DNA of 64,000 nt from Octopus vulgaris (lineage: Eukaryota), in contig OX597821.1 of the NCBI GenBank assembly GCA_951406725.2, positions 69,316,001 to 69,380,000 on the forward strand, written 5' to 3'. The notes beneath the pieces are model-generated. The model searched no databases, was not told where the DNA came from, and saw only the letters and a program-made list of their open reading frames with translations. The translations under genes were made by a program, and so were the position numbers. This document shows, piece by piece, positions 1-13,804 of this stretch; position 1 is the first letter of the stretch; the number at the start of each line of letters is the position of its first letter.

Positions 1-81
1 AATGATTGCATTACAGAATTAATTCTCATCCATCCTTAACCTCTGATCAGGGCATATAATCATTATAGACATATTCTGAAA

Positions 82-392
82 CCCCCTTCAGTCATAACTG
101 ACCATGGGATTGCACCTAGAAAGTTACCCTCCCAGGTACAAGTGTGGGCAAGGTTGTTTATGGAAGACCAGCAGTCGCCCATGCATACTGGCCTCCCCTA
201 TCCATGCCACCAATGTTATCCAAGAGAGAAGCAAAGGCTGATACAGCTTGGCACCTGTGACGTTGCAACTCATTTCTACAGCTGAGTGAACTGGAGCAAT
301 GTGAAATAAAGTGTCTTGCTCAAGAACACAACACTCAGCCTGGTCCGGGATTCAAGCTCACAACCTTACAATCATAAGCTCAATGCTCTAAG
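82..392 (-). mobile_element. tRNA-headed SINE, family A
   Basis: Reverse complement of the copy at 11955-12292 along its length. Confidence 0.8.
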
Positions 393-812
393 CAGCGAGA
401 GACACGATAGTTTGATCAAAAGCACCGGCTATTGCAAGCAAAATTAAATATTGAAAAAGCGCATTTGACCAAATTTGGACATGTGACAGTTTAACATAAT
501 AGCAACAATATGAATGACTGTCAGTACGCATACATGTATGTATGTACATATGTTGCCTTACTTTTTTTCCCCTTAATTACTTGAATTCCTAATAAAAGAG
601 CTGATTTCTAAGAAAGAAACAAAGCTCTGCTATTAAAATTTGGATATAAACAATGGTTTAGTTACATGTTGAACTTCAGAAAAGTTTTGCATATTTTTTT
701 CTGTTCTGCTTATAGATTGAATTTGCCAAGTGCCTGTTAACTGGTCAGTTTCTTTGCCAACCATCCCTCAGTTCTTTGAGATTGCCACTTAGACAAACAA
801 GCACACCAATAA

Positions 813-1167
813 TCTGTTATATAAAATCCGTTCTGTCTGTCTGTGTGTCTTCTAGGATCTCGGGCATCCTCCATCTAATTGTGCTCAAATTTGATATGTA
901 GAAACTGACAGTATCAGGACGTGTATAAATCTTGAAAAAAATTTACAAAAATCGATTCCAGGTGAGAATGCGATTGATAAAGCCGTGGAAATGTGCATTT
1001 GTACATGCAAGTACATAAGCTGTTGCAATCGATACTACGCATACGCGAGAAAAATGCAGTTGATGCAAAAAAAGCTGGTTGGCTTGAAATAATGCGAAAA
1101 TAATGAGAAAATTTGGTTTAAATGTTTGACATCTCAGCACCGTCCATTGGACGGGGCATTTTGCTCG
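813..1167 (+). mobile_element. Non-autonomous Helitron-like element
   Basis: Starts A^TC followed by ttatataaaa and a tctg microsatellite. Ends with hairpin ccgtcc-att-ggacgg about 10 nt before a CTAG-like ctcg^T. Confidence 0.6.
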
Positions 1168-1726
1168 TTATAGCTATAGATGTGAATTTATGTTATGGAT
1201 AGCAAAACAATAGGTTTCAGCAGTCGTCTATAAATATTCTCTTCCCAGCAGATTGGGGGTGGGTGGGTGTAAATCTGTGAAGCAAAGTGACCTGTATAAC
1301 TTGCTTATTTTTGTGTTTTCTGTCCCATATTCATATCAAATATATTTGCACTTGGTAGAAATTTTGATGGATGTGTTCCATCAATTACATCGGTGTGTGT
1401 GTATGGGTGTATGCATTTAACATCAGAAGTATTTTCTATATTTATTGCAAGGCAGTCTTACTTATGGATGGTATTAGTCTACTGTTTTGGCAACAATATC
1501 TTCTGCAGAATTTTGAAAAAATTGTCACATCTTGAGGATTTGAGAGCTTCACTGTCTTTTATATTTATTTTGTATTTATAGCTTGTTTTTGTTCTTGGAT
1601 TGCAAAAGCTTAACCTTTGAATTGTGACATGGTGTAATAGTCAGGAGTCCAAGAGAGGTGCTACATTTACTCTCAAAGTTAACATCACCCTCAGATTTAT
1701 AGGAAACAAACATACACATGACTTGG

Positions 1727-1946
1727 AACCTTTAGCATTCCTATTACTTTATCAGGTGTAATATTTATTTATTCATATTGTTCTGAATTAACCATGCTTT
1801 ATCTCATTGCTTCAAGATTTCAATGATTGTTTATTCTTAGGATGATGTTGTAGAGTAGGTAGGATAGGCCAGATCTCGCTAGCTTGAACATAATAACATT
1901 GGAATATTTGAGCTGTGTACAGCTTGTTTATATATTTGAGGGTTAA
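1727..1946. mobile_element. TTAA-ended (piggyBac-like) MITE, decayed
   Basis: Homologous to 36725-36950 and the interrupted copy 49642-50295. Right end agggttaa. Confidence 0.55.
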
Positions 1947-2423
1947 CGAGCAATTTTCATGTGTTTAACTATCCAGTGTGGACATTTTGGAAGGCTAGAT
2001 ATGTGGGGGTGTATATGTGTGTGTCTTTATCATTATATATGTATGTGTTCCTTGCAATACAGTAAACTCTCACTGCCCTAACCTACATCAATGTGAATAA
2101 GTGCCATTCGAAAAGCATAGCTGATCACTGTAAGCAGCAACTAGATAACTGATGTGTGCTTTTGTTAGCTTCAAGTTTCCTTCACACATTGTACTCTTAG
2201 AAGCTGTAGGATAAAACAAGTCAACTAATTTCATTACAAGATGAATGGCTGGCTTAGTTCTTAGGGATATGTGAATCACTTTCATATACAAATATCTAAA
2301 TTTGTATTATAAAAAAAAAAGAGAAAATCCGACTCAGCTTTCTTTAGAAAAATCAATGTTGAAAAACAAAGAGGGTGTTTATGGAAGTGGTTTGATTTCC
2401 ATCAAGCACTCAGCTTGTAAATG

Positions 2424-2464
<41 letters not shown>

Positions 2465-4477
2465 CTTTATGATTGGAATAAAGGAGCACCAATGTTCTTC
2501 ATATATATATATATATAGGTATATTTAGGCTTGTCTTCAGCCTGACTCAACTAATATCCATATTCTACACACAAATGGTCCACTCTTATTATATATTTAC
2601 ACGATGTATTAATCACCAAATTTCTTTTTCTCCTAATCCCTAGGATAATCCACTTAGGTAATCTCATCACAAGTTATTCTGATATTTCTTTATTTCATCA
2701 GTGCATTTTGTACAGAATCCCTATAACTGATCCTAAAATAATTTTTAGCAGTTATATTTCCTTAATCCCATCTCTATCTCATCTTTATTTCATTCTGTTA
2801 TTAATATTCATTGAAGGCTTCTTAAGACATTAACTGTCTCTCTCTGTAAGCATCATACCAAACAATAAGAGCAATTTGTTCTCTTTACCACTGCAATTCT
2901 GAAAGCAATCACTTCACTCAATCTTGACAGCTACTGCTCTTTCTTCTGACCAGTACATCAAAATGATCCCTGTTCTTTGTATCGATGACCTACTCTTCAT
3001 TCTGATGACCAGTGTTCTTTACTCTGCTGATTATTGCCTCATTGAGCTCTCATTCCTTTCTCTGCATTCCCACAATGTACCAGAATGCAACTTTTCAAAC
3101 TTCACATTAAACTAAATTTCCTTTCACTATCCATTTCCTTGATCTGATCCCCATCCCACCCCTTCACTATCACTGTCTGCTATTTAAAGAATCACCTCCC
3201 CCTATTTTCTCTTAAACAGCAACAAAGCTATTAGCTTGGAGACCTTATAAAACCATCTAATTGGTCAAATTATATTAAGGCTCTCTTCCTAGATCACAGA
3301 ATCCCTGAGTAGCTGGTTCCCACAAGAACCTTGCCTGTTTTATCACCCTACACACTCTCAAAAATAAACTCTTCATTAAATTGTGTTCCACATTCTCTGT
3401 TAAACTTCCTCTTTCTGACAACTCTTTCTTCCTTTCTATTCTTTTCTTTATATCACAAAGGTTGATTCTGTGATGGATTTTGTTTTAATTCCTATCCAAT
3501 GTACCCCACCAGTCCCACCCAAGCATTATTCCACTTAACCATTTATAAAAAAAAAAAAAAGAAAAGAAAAAAAAAAAACTAACCTTAATTTAAAGGACTG
3601 AACTTTTTGTATTCCTGAGAGACTAGGAGTCGAATTTATCATTTGATAGCAAAATCCCCTCCTCTATAAGTTCACCCCAACCTGACCTTTATTAAGAAGT
3701 ACATCTAAGAAATAACTTCCTTTCCAGATCTAACAGATTACATATAGCAGTTCTCCTTCAGTCATTCTTTTACTATACTTCCTCTGGTCTCCTTCCTTAT
3801 AACCATACACACAACAGTTTTGACAACAAAAATTAATGACATATGCAAACACACACACACATACTTATATATAACTGTGGTAATAAGATTATGTGACATA
3901 TTAGATAGAATTTAAATCTGTTTAAGGGATTTATTTAAAAAAAAAAAAAGAGTAAAATACCAACATTGATGCTACCCCAACAATGGACATCATTAGTAAA
4001 TTACTTTGTGATGTTGTTGTGTGCTCTAGATTTAAGCTGTGACTGCTGCTGCTGCTGTTGTTACTGTTGCTTCTATAACTATTTTATGACTTCAATAATG
4101 TTGCTAATCATGATGAAACTTTGTTTATCTAAACAAAGGCTCATTAAGATTAAGTACATGCATGTATGCATGGGGGAGAGGAGCACATTATTAGGCTTTG
4201 TAACGTAATGTGTCATTCCCTTGGAAAGTCATAATTAACATGTGTCAGTAATGATGTTGATGTTGTTGTCATTGTTATTCTTGTAGTGATGGTGGTAGCC
4301 TGAAATTAGATTTCAGCCTGGGGCTTCCTGCTACTTGTTGAAACTTATGTTAAAAGGCAGTTACGGTCCCGTTGTCTACTGTTTCGTATTTTGTGGTGGG
4401 GACTCCAATAATTTAGTGGGATAGTAGTTGTTTCTTCATCTTCACTAAACTTCTGAATTTAGTTGTTGTTGTTGTTA

Positions 4478-4910
4478 AAGTGGTGAGCTTGTGGAATTGT
4501 TACTGTGCTGGAGAAAACGCTTTGCGAAATTTCTTGACTTCACTTTCTGAGTTCAAATGCTGCCAGGGTCACCTTTGTCTTTCATCCTTTCAGGATCAAT
4601 AAAATAAATACCTATTTCTTTATTACCCACAAGGGGCTAAACACAGAGGGGACAAACAAGGACAGACATAGGTATTAAGTCGATTACATCGACCCCAGTG
4701 CGTAACTGGTACTTACATTTATCGACCCCGAAAGGATGAAAGGCAAAGTCGACCTCGGCGGAATTTGAACTCACAACGTAACGGCAGACAAAATACCGCT
4801 AAGCATTTCGCCTGGCATGCTAGCGTTACTGCTAGCTCACCGCCAATAAAATAAATACCGGTTGAATAACCTTTCCCTGAAATTGCTGGCCTTGTGCCAA
4901 AGTTTGACAC
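4478..4910 (+). mobile_element. SINE family M (core ctttcatcctttcggggtcgataaa), host of a nested insertion
   Basis: Head with B-box-like gagttcaaat and core. Tail resumes after the duplicated site at 4845-4859. Confidence 0.7.
4613..4844 (-). mobile_element. Young SINE family M copy with 15-bp TSD
   Basis: aataaaataaatacc at 4598-4612 and 4845-4859. Near-identical to 26687-26916 and 61946-62182. Confidence 0.9.
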
Positions 4911-4925
4911 TATTATTATTATTAT

Positions 4926-6180
4926 TTTTCAGTAGTCTTATTTTTATCACGTGTTTTCACTGCACTACTGAGCACAGCTCTTTGCCTTAGGTATGTGCTG
5001 TGCTTTGTTGTGATGCTCTCGTTTTTACTGTATTGAAAGTGTTTTACATAGGATGTGTGCAGTACCTAGTAGTGCTATTTTCTGTGTGTTATATATACTT
5101 AAGATCTTTATCATGGCGGCACTTGTATTCTTTTTGTGCAAGGCTTTCACCTCCACTTATTGAGTGGGTCACATTTTCCCTACTCTTTCCACAGAATCTG
5201 CATTTCTGGGTGTCAGAAGTTTTATAGATGTTATACTTCACTGAATTGGTAGGAAGAGCCTTGTCTTGTGCAGCAATGATCAGGCTTTTGGTGATACACT
5301 TCAAATCACCTCGCTCAAGCCATGCCCAAGATGCTGTATTATCCTTAACGTCTTGTGTATTCCTTTCAAACTGTCCATGCATTCTCATTTCAAGAAGGTC
5401 TTCTTTTCTCTTCTTCTCAGCTCTTTGGTTAAACTCTTCCTTGCCCATCATTTCATTTGCATTTACACCCATATCTTTCACAGCATATTGCAGCAGGTCT
5501 TCATCACTATTTATCAAATACTCAACAAGCATTCTCCTTTCACTCCTTATACAATGGTCTATGCTAATTAGTCCTCGGCCACCATTCTTTTGTTTATGGA
5601 TATACAGTCTGTTTACGTTTGCTTTAGGGTGTAGTGCCCTATGCAGCATCATCAACTTTCATGTCCTTCTACCCCATGATGATATTCCCTCCTTAGTCCA
5701 CTTGAGCATGGACATACTATATCTGACCACCGCAACTGCTCAGATATTCATTGCAGTAATCAAAGTTTTGGCATTCAGTTTGGATTTCAACACCATCTTC
5801 ACCCTTTTTTGATACACCTCTCTGACCTTGACTTTCATTTCTCTATGTAGATTGTCATCCAGCTCCAAAATCCCAAAATATTTATGCCCACTACCATCGG
5901 GTATCACCCATGGTCTCTCTCCTGATGGTAACCGCAATCCTCTGCAGGCTATTTTCTTCCCTTTTTCATATTAAGTACTGAGCATTTAGTAATCCCAAAT
6001 TCCATACCGATGTCCTTACTACACTTCTGGACTGTTTTGATTAAGGAACCTATCTGTTTTTCAGATTTCTCAAACAATTTCAGGTCATCCATAAACAGAA
6101 GATGGTTCAATGATGGGCCTTTCTTCCCACATTGGTAACCCATCTTAACTTTCCTTAGTGTCATTGTTATGGGTATCATT
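4926..6180 (-). mobile_element. R4/Dong-clade non-LTR retrotransposon, truncated, frameshifted, internally deleted
   Basis: RT motif LNHLLFMDDLKLF, DIGMEFGITKC, HPKANVNRLY..GGRGLISI, zinc knuckle CRFCGK..ENVTH..RHD, C-terminal QKIALLGTAHIL. Abuts (TAT)n. Confidence 0.85.
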
Positions 6181-6961
6181 GTTGCTGTTGTTGTTGTTGT
6201 CATTGTGATGGTGGTGGGGTAGATTGGGAGAATCTTTAGATTGGGAGAAAAAAACAAAATTCTGTGGCATTTGTTCAAGCTCTTAATATTCTGGGTCAGA
6301 ACCCACTGAAATCAGCCTGGCTTCCCAATTCTCCAAGATCAATATAATAAGGTGCCAGTCATGTATTGGGATCATTATAATAATAACAACCAAATTCAGC
6401 AGGATTACGTTTGAGAAATAATTGCTATTCTCTCTACTTGTCACCAACAGTGATGTTCACAAATTATCTGCTATTGGAGCCCATAAAAAGATAAGAGCCA
6501 AAGTGCTGGTAACTAGGATCTTAGCTACATCATCTTCACCATCATCATCAACATCAACAACTGGGGACCTCATAATTGCAAAACAAATGTTTCAACTACT
6601 CATCCATACTTATACCCCACCACATATGACCACACTGTACAACACAGTAACAGAAATATCTGTTTATCACTTTGAATTTTAAATAGTAGTCACTTTACTG
6701 TTCTTGCCTTTAATCTAGGTTTCTTGAAAATGTTTTTGCAAATCTCTCATATAATTCTTTGATATTTATTGAAGGAGATATAGCCGCTGTACTTGGCAGG
6801 TGTTCAAGTTTCTTTTCTGGTCTGGTCCTTTACCTTTCATTCTTCCAGAGTTTATTGAATAAAGTACCAGTGAAGTCCTAGGTTTGATGTAATTAACTGC
6901 TCCCATCTCTCCAAGTTTTTGCTGTTGTGTCTGTGAAAGAAATTATCATTCTTCTAGTCAC

Positions 6962-7332
6962 TGACATGGCTGTGTGGTTAACAAGATTGCTTCCTAACCA
7001 TGTGGTTTTGGGTTCAGTTCTATTATGTGGTGCTTTGGGCAAGTATCTTCTACTACAGCCCCAAGCTGACCAAGTGGATTTGGTAAAGGGAAACTGGAAG
7101 AAGCCCACTGTGTGTTTGTGTATGCGTGCGCGATGGTCATAAAGGGGTGTCACTGTCATATAAGCAATGTTGTTCAGTTCCAGTCTTCTATGAAAAATGT
7201 ATAGCCATGAGGAAATACTACTTTGCCTGGAAACAGGTGAGGGTTTGCCACAGGAGGGGTACATGGCTGTAGAATATCTACAAATTCCATCTAACCCATG
7301 TTAGAATGGAAAAGGGGACATTAAATGATGAT
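6962..7332 (+). mobile_element. SINE family C (tRNA head, CORE-like ttgggcaagt) with RTE-type tail
   Basis: tggctgtgtggttaa head, gggttcagt B-box-like motif, ends aacccatgttagaatggaaaaggggacattaaatgatgat. Confidence 0.75.
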
Positions 7333-8227
7333 GGTGGTGGTGGTGGTGGTATTTATTCTTTTTTAGCTGAACTAAACAGGGATGTAAACAAGTCAACACT
7401 TGTCAAGTGGCAGGGACAAATACAAACACATGCACACATAGATACAACAGGTTTCTTTCAGATTTTCCCTACCAAATCCACTCACAAGGCCTTGGTTGGC
7501 CTGGGGCTTTAATAGAAGACATTTCCCTGAGGTGTCACAAAGTGGAACCTAACCTGGAACCCTGTGGTTAGAAAGCAAATTTCTTACTACTCAGTTACAC
7601 CTGTTTGTATTATAAGTAAGTTAGGGAAAGGAACAGACAAATCTTGTGACCTTTGCAAGCCCTTCCAGGTTGGTGGGATTGATGCAAGTTGGGCATTAAA
7701 ACCCAATTTGAATATGTGCAGGTCAAACAGGAAAGGAAGAAACTAGGTGTAAACTCTTATCAATTCACCCAATATCCTACTGGTTCTGTTCAACTATATG
7801 ACATGTCTGACTGAACAGCAGTTGTTAAAAAGAAATCAATGGGGATGGTCATGATCCTCATCATAGCAACAAATAAATAACTTGTTAACAGAAGATATGA
7901 GAGCATTGATAGTTGAATGAATAGAAAACCCAGCAAGAGGCTGAGAGGTTAGAAGTTCATATCTTGTCACTGGCAGTGAATTGTACCTATAATCAAGACA
8001 TTTGACTCTTAACATCGGATTCTCTCTTGTATGTAAACAGGTACCTCAGGGTGATGATTTGTTGCAACACAGTAGTCTGTTGTCTTGCTCTGCTGAGTTC
8101 ATTTCCAGCCATGAGATAAGCCACTTGTAATAGTTCAGTGTCCTACTTATCAACATCAGCACTAGAGAAACCAGAGTTGAAAATGCGTCTCAAAGGATTC
8201 ATGTGGCTTGGAAAGGACTAGCTAACT

Positions 8228-8273
<46 letters not shown>

Positions 8274-9427
8274 TAGGGTAGGACAGAGGAGGAAATGATG
8301 CAGATATTTACAAATATCTTGGCTAGATATTGTTGTTCTGTAAATGAAAGTTTATAACCGGTGTAATAGTATATAACTTATAAAATGTACATTGATATTG
8401 AATGTCTATGTAAACATTTGTTGCATTTACATTCCAACATACATGTTAAATGGGCTGTAAATTTCTTCTCAGCATCAAGACCACCCTGATAGTTCTAGGA
8501 TCTTATGAAAAGGAATTAACATGTTGATTAGTAAATAATTAATCAAGATTAGTCAAAGAAGCTGCAGAGCAAATGTATGAAATTGCTCTAAAAGTGAGAG
8601 GAAACCAAAAAATAAAATACCTTACTTTCAGTTAGCACTTATGCTAGCATAAAGGTGTAAGAGTTATATGTAAAGTATAAGGTTGAAGGGAATAACTTCA
8701 CTTTGTTAGATACACCATATTTCAGTGTTATGTAAAAACATACTTCATAAGTAGTCATGAGAGAAAGGTTGCTTCTGTACAATTATTTGCTCAATCAAGT
8801 CTTTTTCAAATGTCATCCTGTTGTCATCAAAATTAGAAACCACATGTTCCAGGCCCTACTACCTCTTTTCAAGGGAATCCCTTGACAGTCAGTTCGCTTT
8901 CTCGAAATAGTAACCACATCTACCTTATATCACAGACTTAGATGTTCATGATTGGAATACCTTTGATCAATGTCGCAAAAAGACAATGGAATGATTTATT
9001 TGATCAGACAGAAATATCAGCGATTGGAGTGCAAGAGTTAAATTGACTATGTTTCTGGTCTATGGCTTCATCGGTCTTCAAAGACATGTTTCTGTATCTG
9101 CATTTGTGGTTGCTCATTATCTCCATCGGTGATCAGTAATGTGTTTCTACATTTTCATTAGTGGTCAGTGTTGTTTCTGTTATCTTCTTGAACAGCCATT
9201 AGTGATCATTGGCACTGATAACTAATGACCACTATTACCAGATATGGTCATGCTTGTCAGCAAACACAGCTGCTTCTAACTAGTTGCCTATCCAATGTAA
9301 TTGCACTGTGGTTAACGTTGTTGCTCTACTCTCGTAAAGAGTGTGCATTAAAATCTTCACAACTGACCACTATTACCAGATATGGTCATGCTTGTCAGCA
9401 AACACAGCTGCTTCTAACTAGTTGCCT

Positions 9428-11372
9428 ATTCCTACCTGGCTATATCAGATGGAGACTTCTACACTATAATAGAGGACAAAGGTCACTCAATTATATTAAT
9501 GTTATTGACAAGACACATCTTTGTGCCTAAATTAGAAACATTATTATGATATTTATTTTGATATAAATCTTTAGAATTGTTTTTCTATGTCACAATGCTT
9601 ACATTATATTTACTCTCACTTTTGTGTTTTTTTCATACAAAATGTGCATTCTCAGAATCTTGGAACTACTTTGCTGTATTTTATAACCCCCCCTCTCTCT
9701 CTCTCACACACACAATTATCTCAGTTTTGAAATATACACATTGTATATATTCCACTAAAATTGTTGGTGATAGGAAAGACATCCATTTGTAAGTCACTAA
9801 CTCAGAAAACTCACAACTGTCCCTGATCAATTAAGAAGTAAACAGTAATGCTGTGTAGAATGCTGGATAAAAGTACTTTGTAATGTTTGGTTATTTCCTT
9901 CTGGTTACATTTCTCTGTTGACCTCGCCTTTCTTCCTTACAGGGTCAATAAAATTAGTTCCAAACATTGTACTGAAATTAATAGAATTGACTAAAACTCT
10001 CAACATTCCTGCAGTCCAATGACTGACACTAGTAGAGAAATATTTTCCTATGGAATACACTAGTATAACTATTGTAATCACTGCTATCATCTTGTCACAA
10101 AACTATTATAGGATATTATGTTTTATAAAGCTGTTAAGTGCTATTTGATATTGCATCACTACCATTGAATATTGTAGTTATTTATAAAAATATTTCCACA
10201 GTTTGACCCATTCTGCTGATATTCTAAGGAATAAGTATTTGGCACCAGTGGTTGAAACTGCTTGGAATGGAATAAAACTAGAGGGAGCATTTTGTGCTAT
10301 TTGAATGGCTTCTAAGTATCCAGATGACTTTCCTGACACCAACCCTTACTATGAAGAAGGAGCTTCATAGTCATCACCAGTCTTTTTATGAAGGCTCACA
10401 CACCTCTAAACATTTCATGGCATGAACTTAAAAATCAAAAGAGAGACTTATGGACCCATTCTGCTCATTCCTACCTGGCTATATCAGATGTTATATTTTG
10501 GAGACTTCTACACTGTAATAGAGGACAAAGGTCACTCAATTATATTAATGTTATTGACAAGACACATCTTTGTGCCTAAATTAGAAACATTATTATGATA
10601 TTTATTTTGATATAAATCTTTAGAATTGTTTTTCTATGTCACAATGCTTACATTATATTTACTCTCACTTTTGTGTTTTTTTCATACAAAATGTGCATTC
10701 TCAGAATCTTGGAACTACTTTGCTGTATTTTATAACCCCCCCCCTCTCTCTCACACACACAATTATCTCAGTTTTGAAATATACACATTGTATATATTCC
10801 ACTAAAATTGTTGGTGATAGGAAAGACATCCATTTGTAAGTCACTAACTCAGAAAACTCATCTAACCTATGCCAGCATGGAAAAGGAGATGTAAAACAGT
10901 AATGCTGTGTAGAATGCTGGATAAAAGTACTTTGTAATGTTTGGTTATTTCCTTCTGGTTACATTTCTCTGTTGACCTCGCCTTTCTTCCTTACAGGGTC
11001 AATAAAATTAGTTCCAAACATTGTACTGAAATTAATAGAATTGACTAAAACTCTCAACATTCCTGCAGTCCATTGACTGACACTAGTAGAGAAATATTTT
11101 CCTATGGAATACACTAGTATAACTATTGTAATCACTGCTATCATCTTGTCACAAAACTATTATAGGATATTATGTTTTATAAAGCTGTTAAGTGCTATTT
11201 GATATTGCATCACTACCATTGAATATTGTAGTTATTTATAAAAATATTTCCACAGTTTGACCCATTCTGCTGATATTCTAAGGAATAAGTATTTGGCACC
11301 AGTGGTTGAAACTGCTTGGAATGGAATAAAACTAGAGGGAGCATTTTGTGCTATTTGAATGGCTTCTAAGTA
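9428..11372 (+). repeat. Near-identical ~0.9 kb direct duplication (9428-10318, 10467-11372)
   Basis: Direct comparison. Paired spurious ORFs 9905/10959 and 9577/10636. Confidence 0.95.
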
Positions 11373-11954
11373 GACTCTGTACTTTTTTACATATATTATT
11401 TGCATATAAAATTACAAAGTTACCTTATTCTGTATAGTCTCAACAACCATATATTGTTTCATTCTTTACCATTAACTGAATTGATTTATGAAAACAAACT
11501 GGTCGTACCCGACCCCTCCAAAGTGACTAGCGAGTGCAGTGTTGATTGATGAAGTCACTGATCAAAGCTGGTCTTTAGAAAGGGCTAGCAGGTGCAGAAG
11601 ACTTGATTTATGAGGATGGATTGATCAAAGCTGAACCCTAAGAGGACATGTAACATGGATTTATCCATATTGACTTCCAAGCCATCCCTTTCCAGTGACA
11701 CAAGTTATAAATAGATTTGTTCCAAATCATGAAGGGGTCAAGTGGATAATGGTGATAGGAAATACTTTATTTTAACCTCTTTTAGTATAAGTAATTTACT
11801 GAAAGTTTGCTAAGAGAATGGAAGTTGTCAATAAACACTTATTGTCATGCCAATTTTAAAATACAATAAATTTCAGTTTTAAATTATTTTAATTTCATGA
11901 TATTTTGTTGCCATTTATTAGTATATCTAAGGCGCCATTTATTAGTATATCTGA

Positions 11955-12292
11955 AGGTGCATGGCTCAGTGGTTAGAGCGTCGAGCTTACGATCGTCAGG
12001 TTGTGAGCTCGAATCCCAGACCAGGCCGCGTGTTGTGTTCTTGAGCAAGGCACTTTATTTCACGTTGCTCCAGTTCACTCAACTGTGGAAATGAGTTGCG
12101 ACATCACTGGTGCCAAGCTGTATCGACCTTTGTCTTTCCCTTGGATAACATCAGTGGTGTGAAGAGGGGAGGCTGGTATGCATGGGCGACTGCTGGTCTT
12201 CCATAAACTACCTTGCCCGGACTTGTGCCTGGGAGGGTAACTTTCTAGGTGCAATCCCATGGTCATTCATGACCGAAGGGGGTCTTTACCCT
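11955..12292 (+). mobile_element. tRNA-headed SINE, family A
   Basis: A box tggctcagtgg, B box gctcgaatcc, CORE-like ttgagcaaggcacttt. Confidence 0.85.
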
Positions 12293-13137
12293 TTAATGGG
12301 TGGAATCATCATCATCATAATCGTCATCATCACCACAGCTTAATGTCTGCTTTCCTTGTTGTCATGGGTTGGACAGTTCTGGCAAGTGTCAAGGCTACAC
12401 CAAGCTCCAGTGTCAGCTTCAGTGTGGTTTCTACCACTGAATAACCTTTCTAATGCTAGTGCACCTTGAAATATTACACAGTGTTATTCATTGCTAGATT
12501 AGACTTATAAAAGGTTTTACTTTACACAAAGGACTTTTAACATGATTGTGGTCAAGCCGAGTATCAATGTAAGTATCAAGAATACACAATATAATGGATT
12601 TCCTGTCTCCATATTCAGGAACAGCCTTCTATTTTTGCAATGCAATCAATTGGTCAACAATATCTGGCAAGGATTTCAGTATCTCAAGCCATTGGGCCCA
12701 ACAGTGTGCTATAACTTAAAAACCATGTAAAAGCTAGCAACTCAATAAATTATTATGCAATTGAGTTTTAATTAATTTGTAAAAAGGAAAGTGAGCTTCA
12801 AAAGCATAACTAGAAAATATTGCAATGAAGAAAGAATAGACATTGATTAATAATACTATTTTGAGTAAGTACATGGGACAACTCTGTATATCTTTCCATC
12901 TTATTAGACCTCCTCAGCAACCAGTTTGTGTTAGCATATCTAAATATCAGGAGCTTCAATAAATTAATTTAAAATAATTATACAGTGAGAGAAAAGAATG
13001 ATATTATTCATTGACTAATTAAGTTTGATATTTTTGACAAGTACAGAATTATCACACCAGTCATGATTTAGTCTTATTTTGACTACATCAATGAAGGATA
13101 GCCTGAGTATAGAAAAGGAGAATGCTATTTTAGCAAA

Positions 13138-13184
<47 letters not shown>

Positions 13185-13193
13185 AAAACTATT

Positions 13194-13408
13194 TTAACTC
13201 TTTCGTTACCATATTTATTTTGGGATGCTCTGTGTTTCTTTCAATTAATTTTAAATATAACTAAAAATTTAGTAAAATAACTTAGTTGTCATTAAGCCAG
13301 GTTAGGAACATAAATTGTGACTAAGGTTTGGTGGGGGATTTTAATTCAAAACTCATGAAAACAAGACATTTGTACTACAGAACCAGAGGTGGTTTCAACT
13401 GGGTTAAT
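13194..13408. mobile_element. TTAA-ended MITE related to 37425-37887
   Basis: ttaactctttcgttacc left end. Right half is the reverse complement of 37440-37522. Confidence 0.55.
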
Positions 13409-13772
13409 TCATTGCCAAAACTGTAATGAAAGAATCACTAAGTATTGAATCACAGTGAATTTCTGCATTACTATGTATTATACATGTGGATGGAACCTGT
13501 GCTTGAACATGCTTATGACTCATATATCATTATCAGCATATTTGAACATCCACTTTTTCATGCTCACATGGGCTGGGGGGAGGGCTTTCTTGTCATCAGC
13601 ATTCACATATTTCCAAGTAAGGTAATATTTCCCCTTGACCAGACATATTTCCACAGAAGATTTTGGGGCAAGGGACATTGCTTGCATGATGAAGATATTT
13701 GTTTGCGACTATCATGCAATGTCAAGTCAAGGAATATGTGTGTATGTATATATATGTGTATGTGTGTATTAC

Positions 13773-13802
<30 letters not shown>

Positions 13803-13804
<2 letters not shown>

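Noticed and set aside
2530-3560. Possible ancient LINE endonuclease remnant on the - strand
   Set aside because: Only compositional hints, with no motif I could translate convincingly.
5228-5812. 194-aa + strand ORF
   Set aside because: Antisense shadow of the Dong RT remnant.
11955-12030. tRNA gene
   Set aside because: tRNA-like A/B boxes run straight into a multi-copy SINE body with no acceptor stem or terminator.
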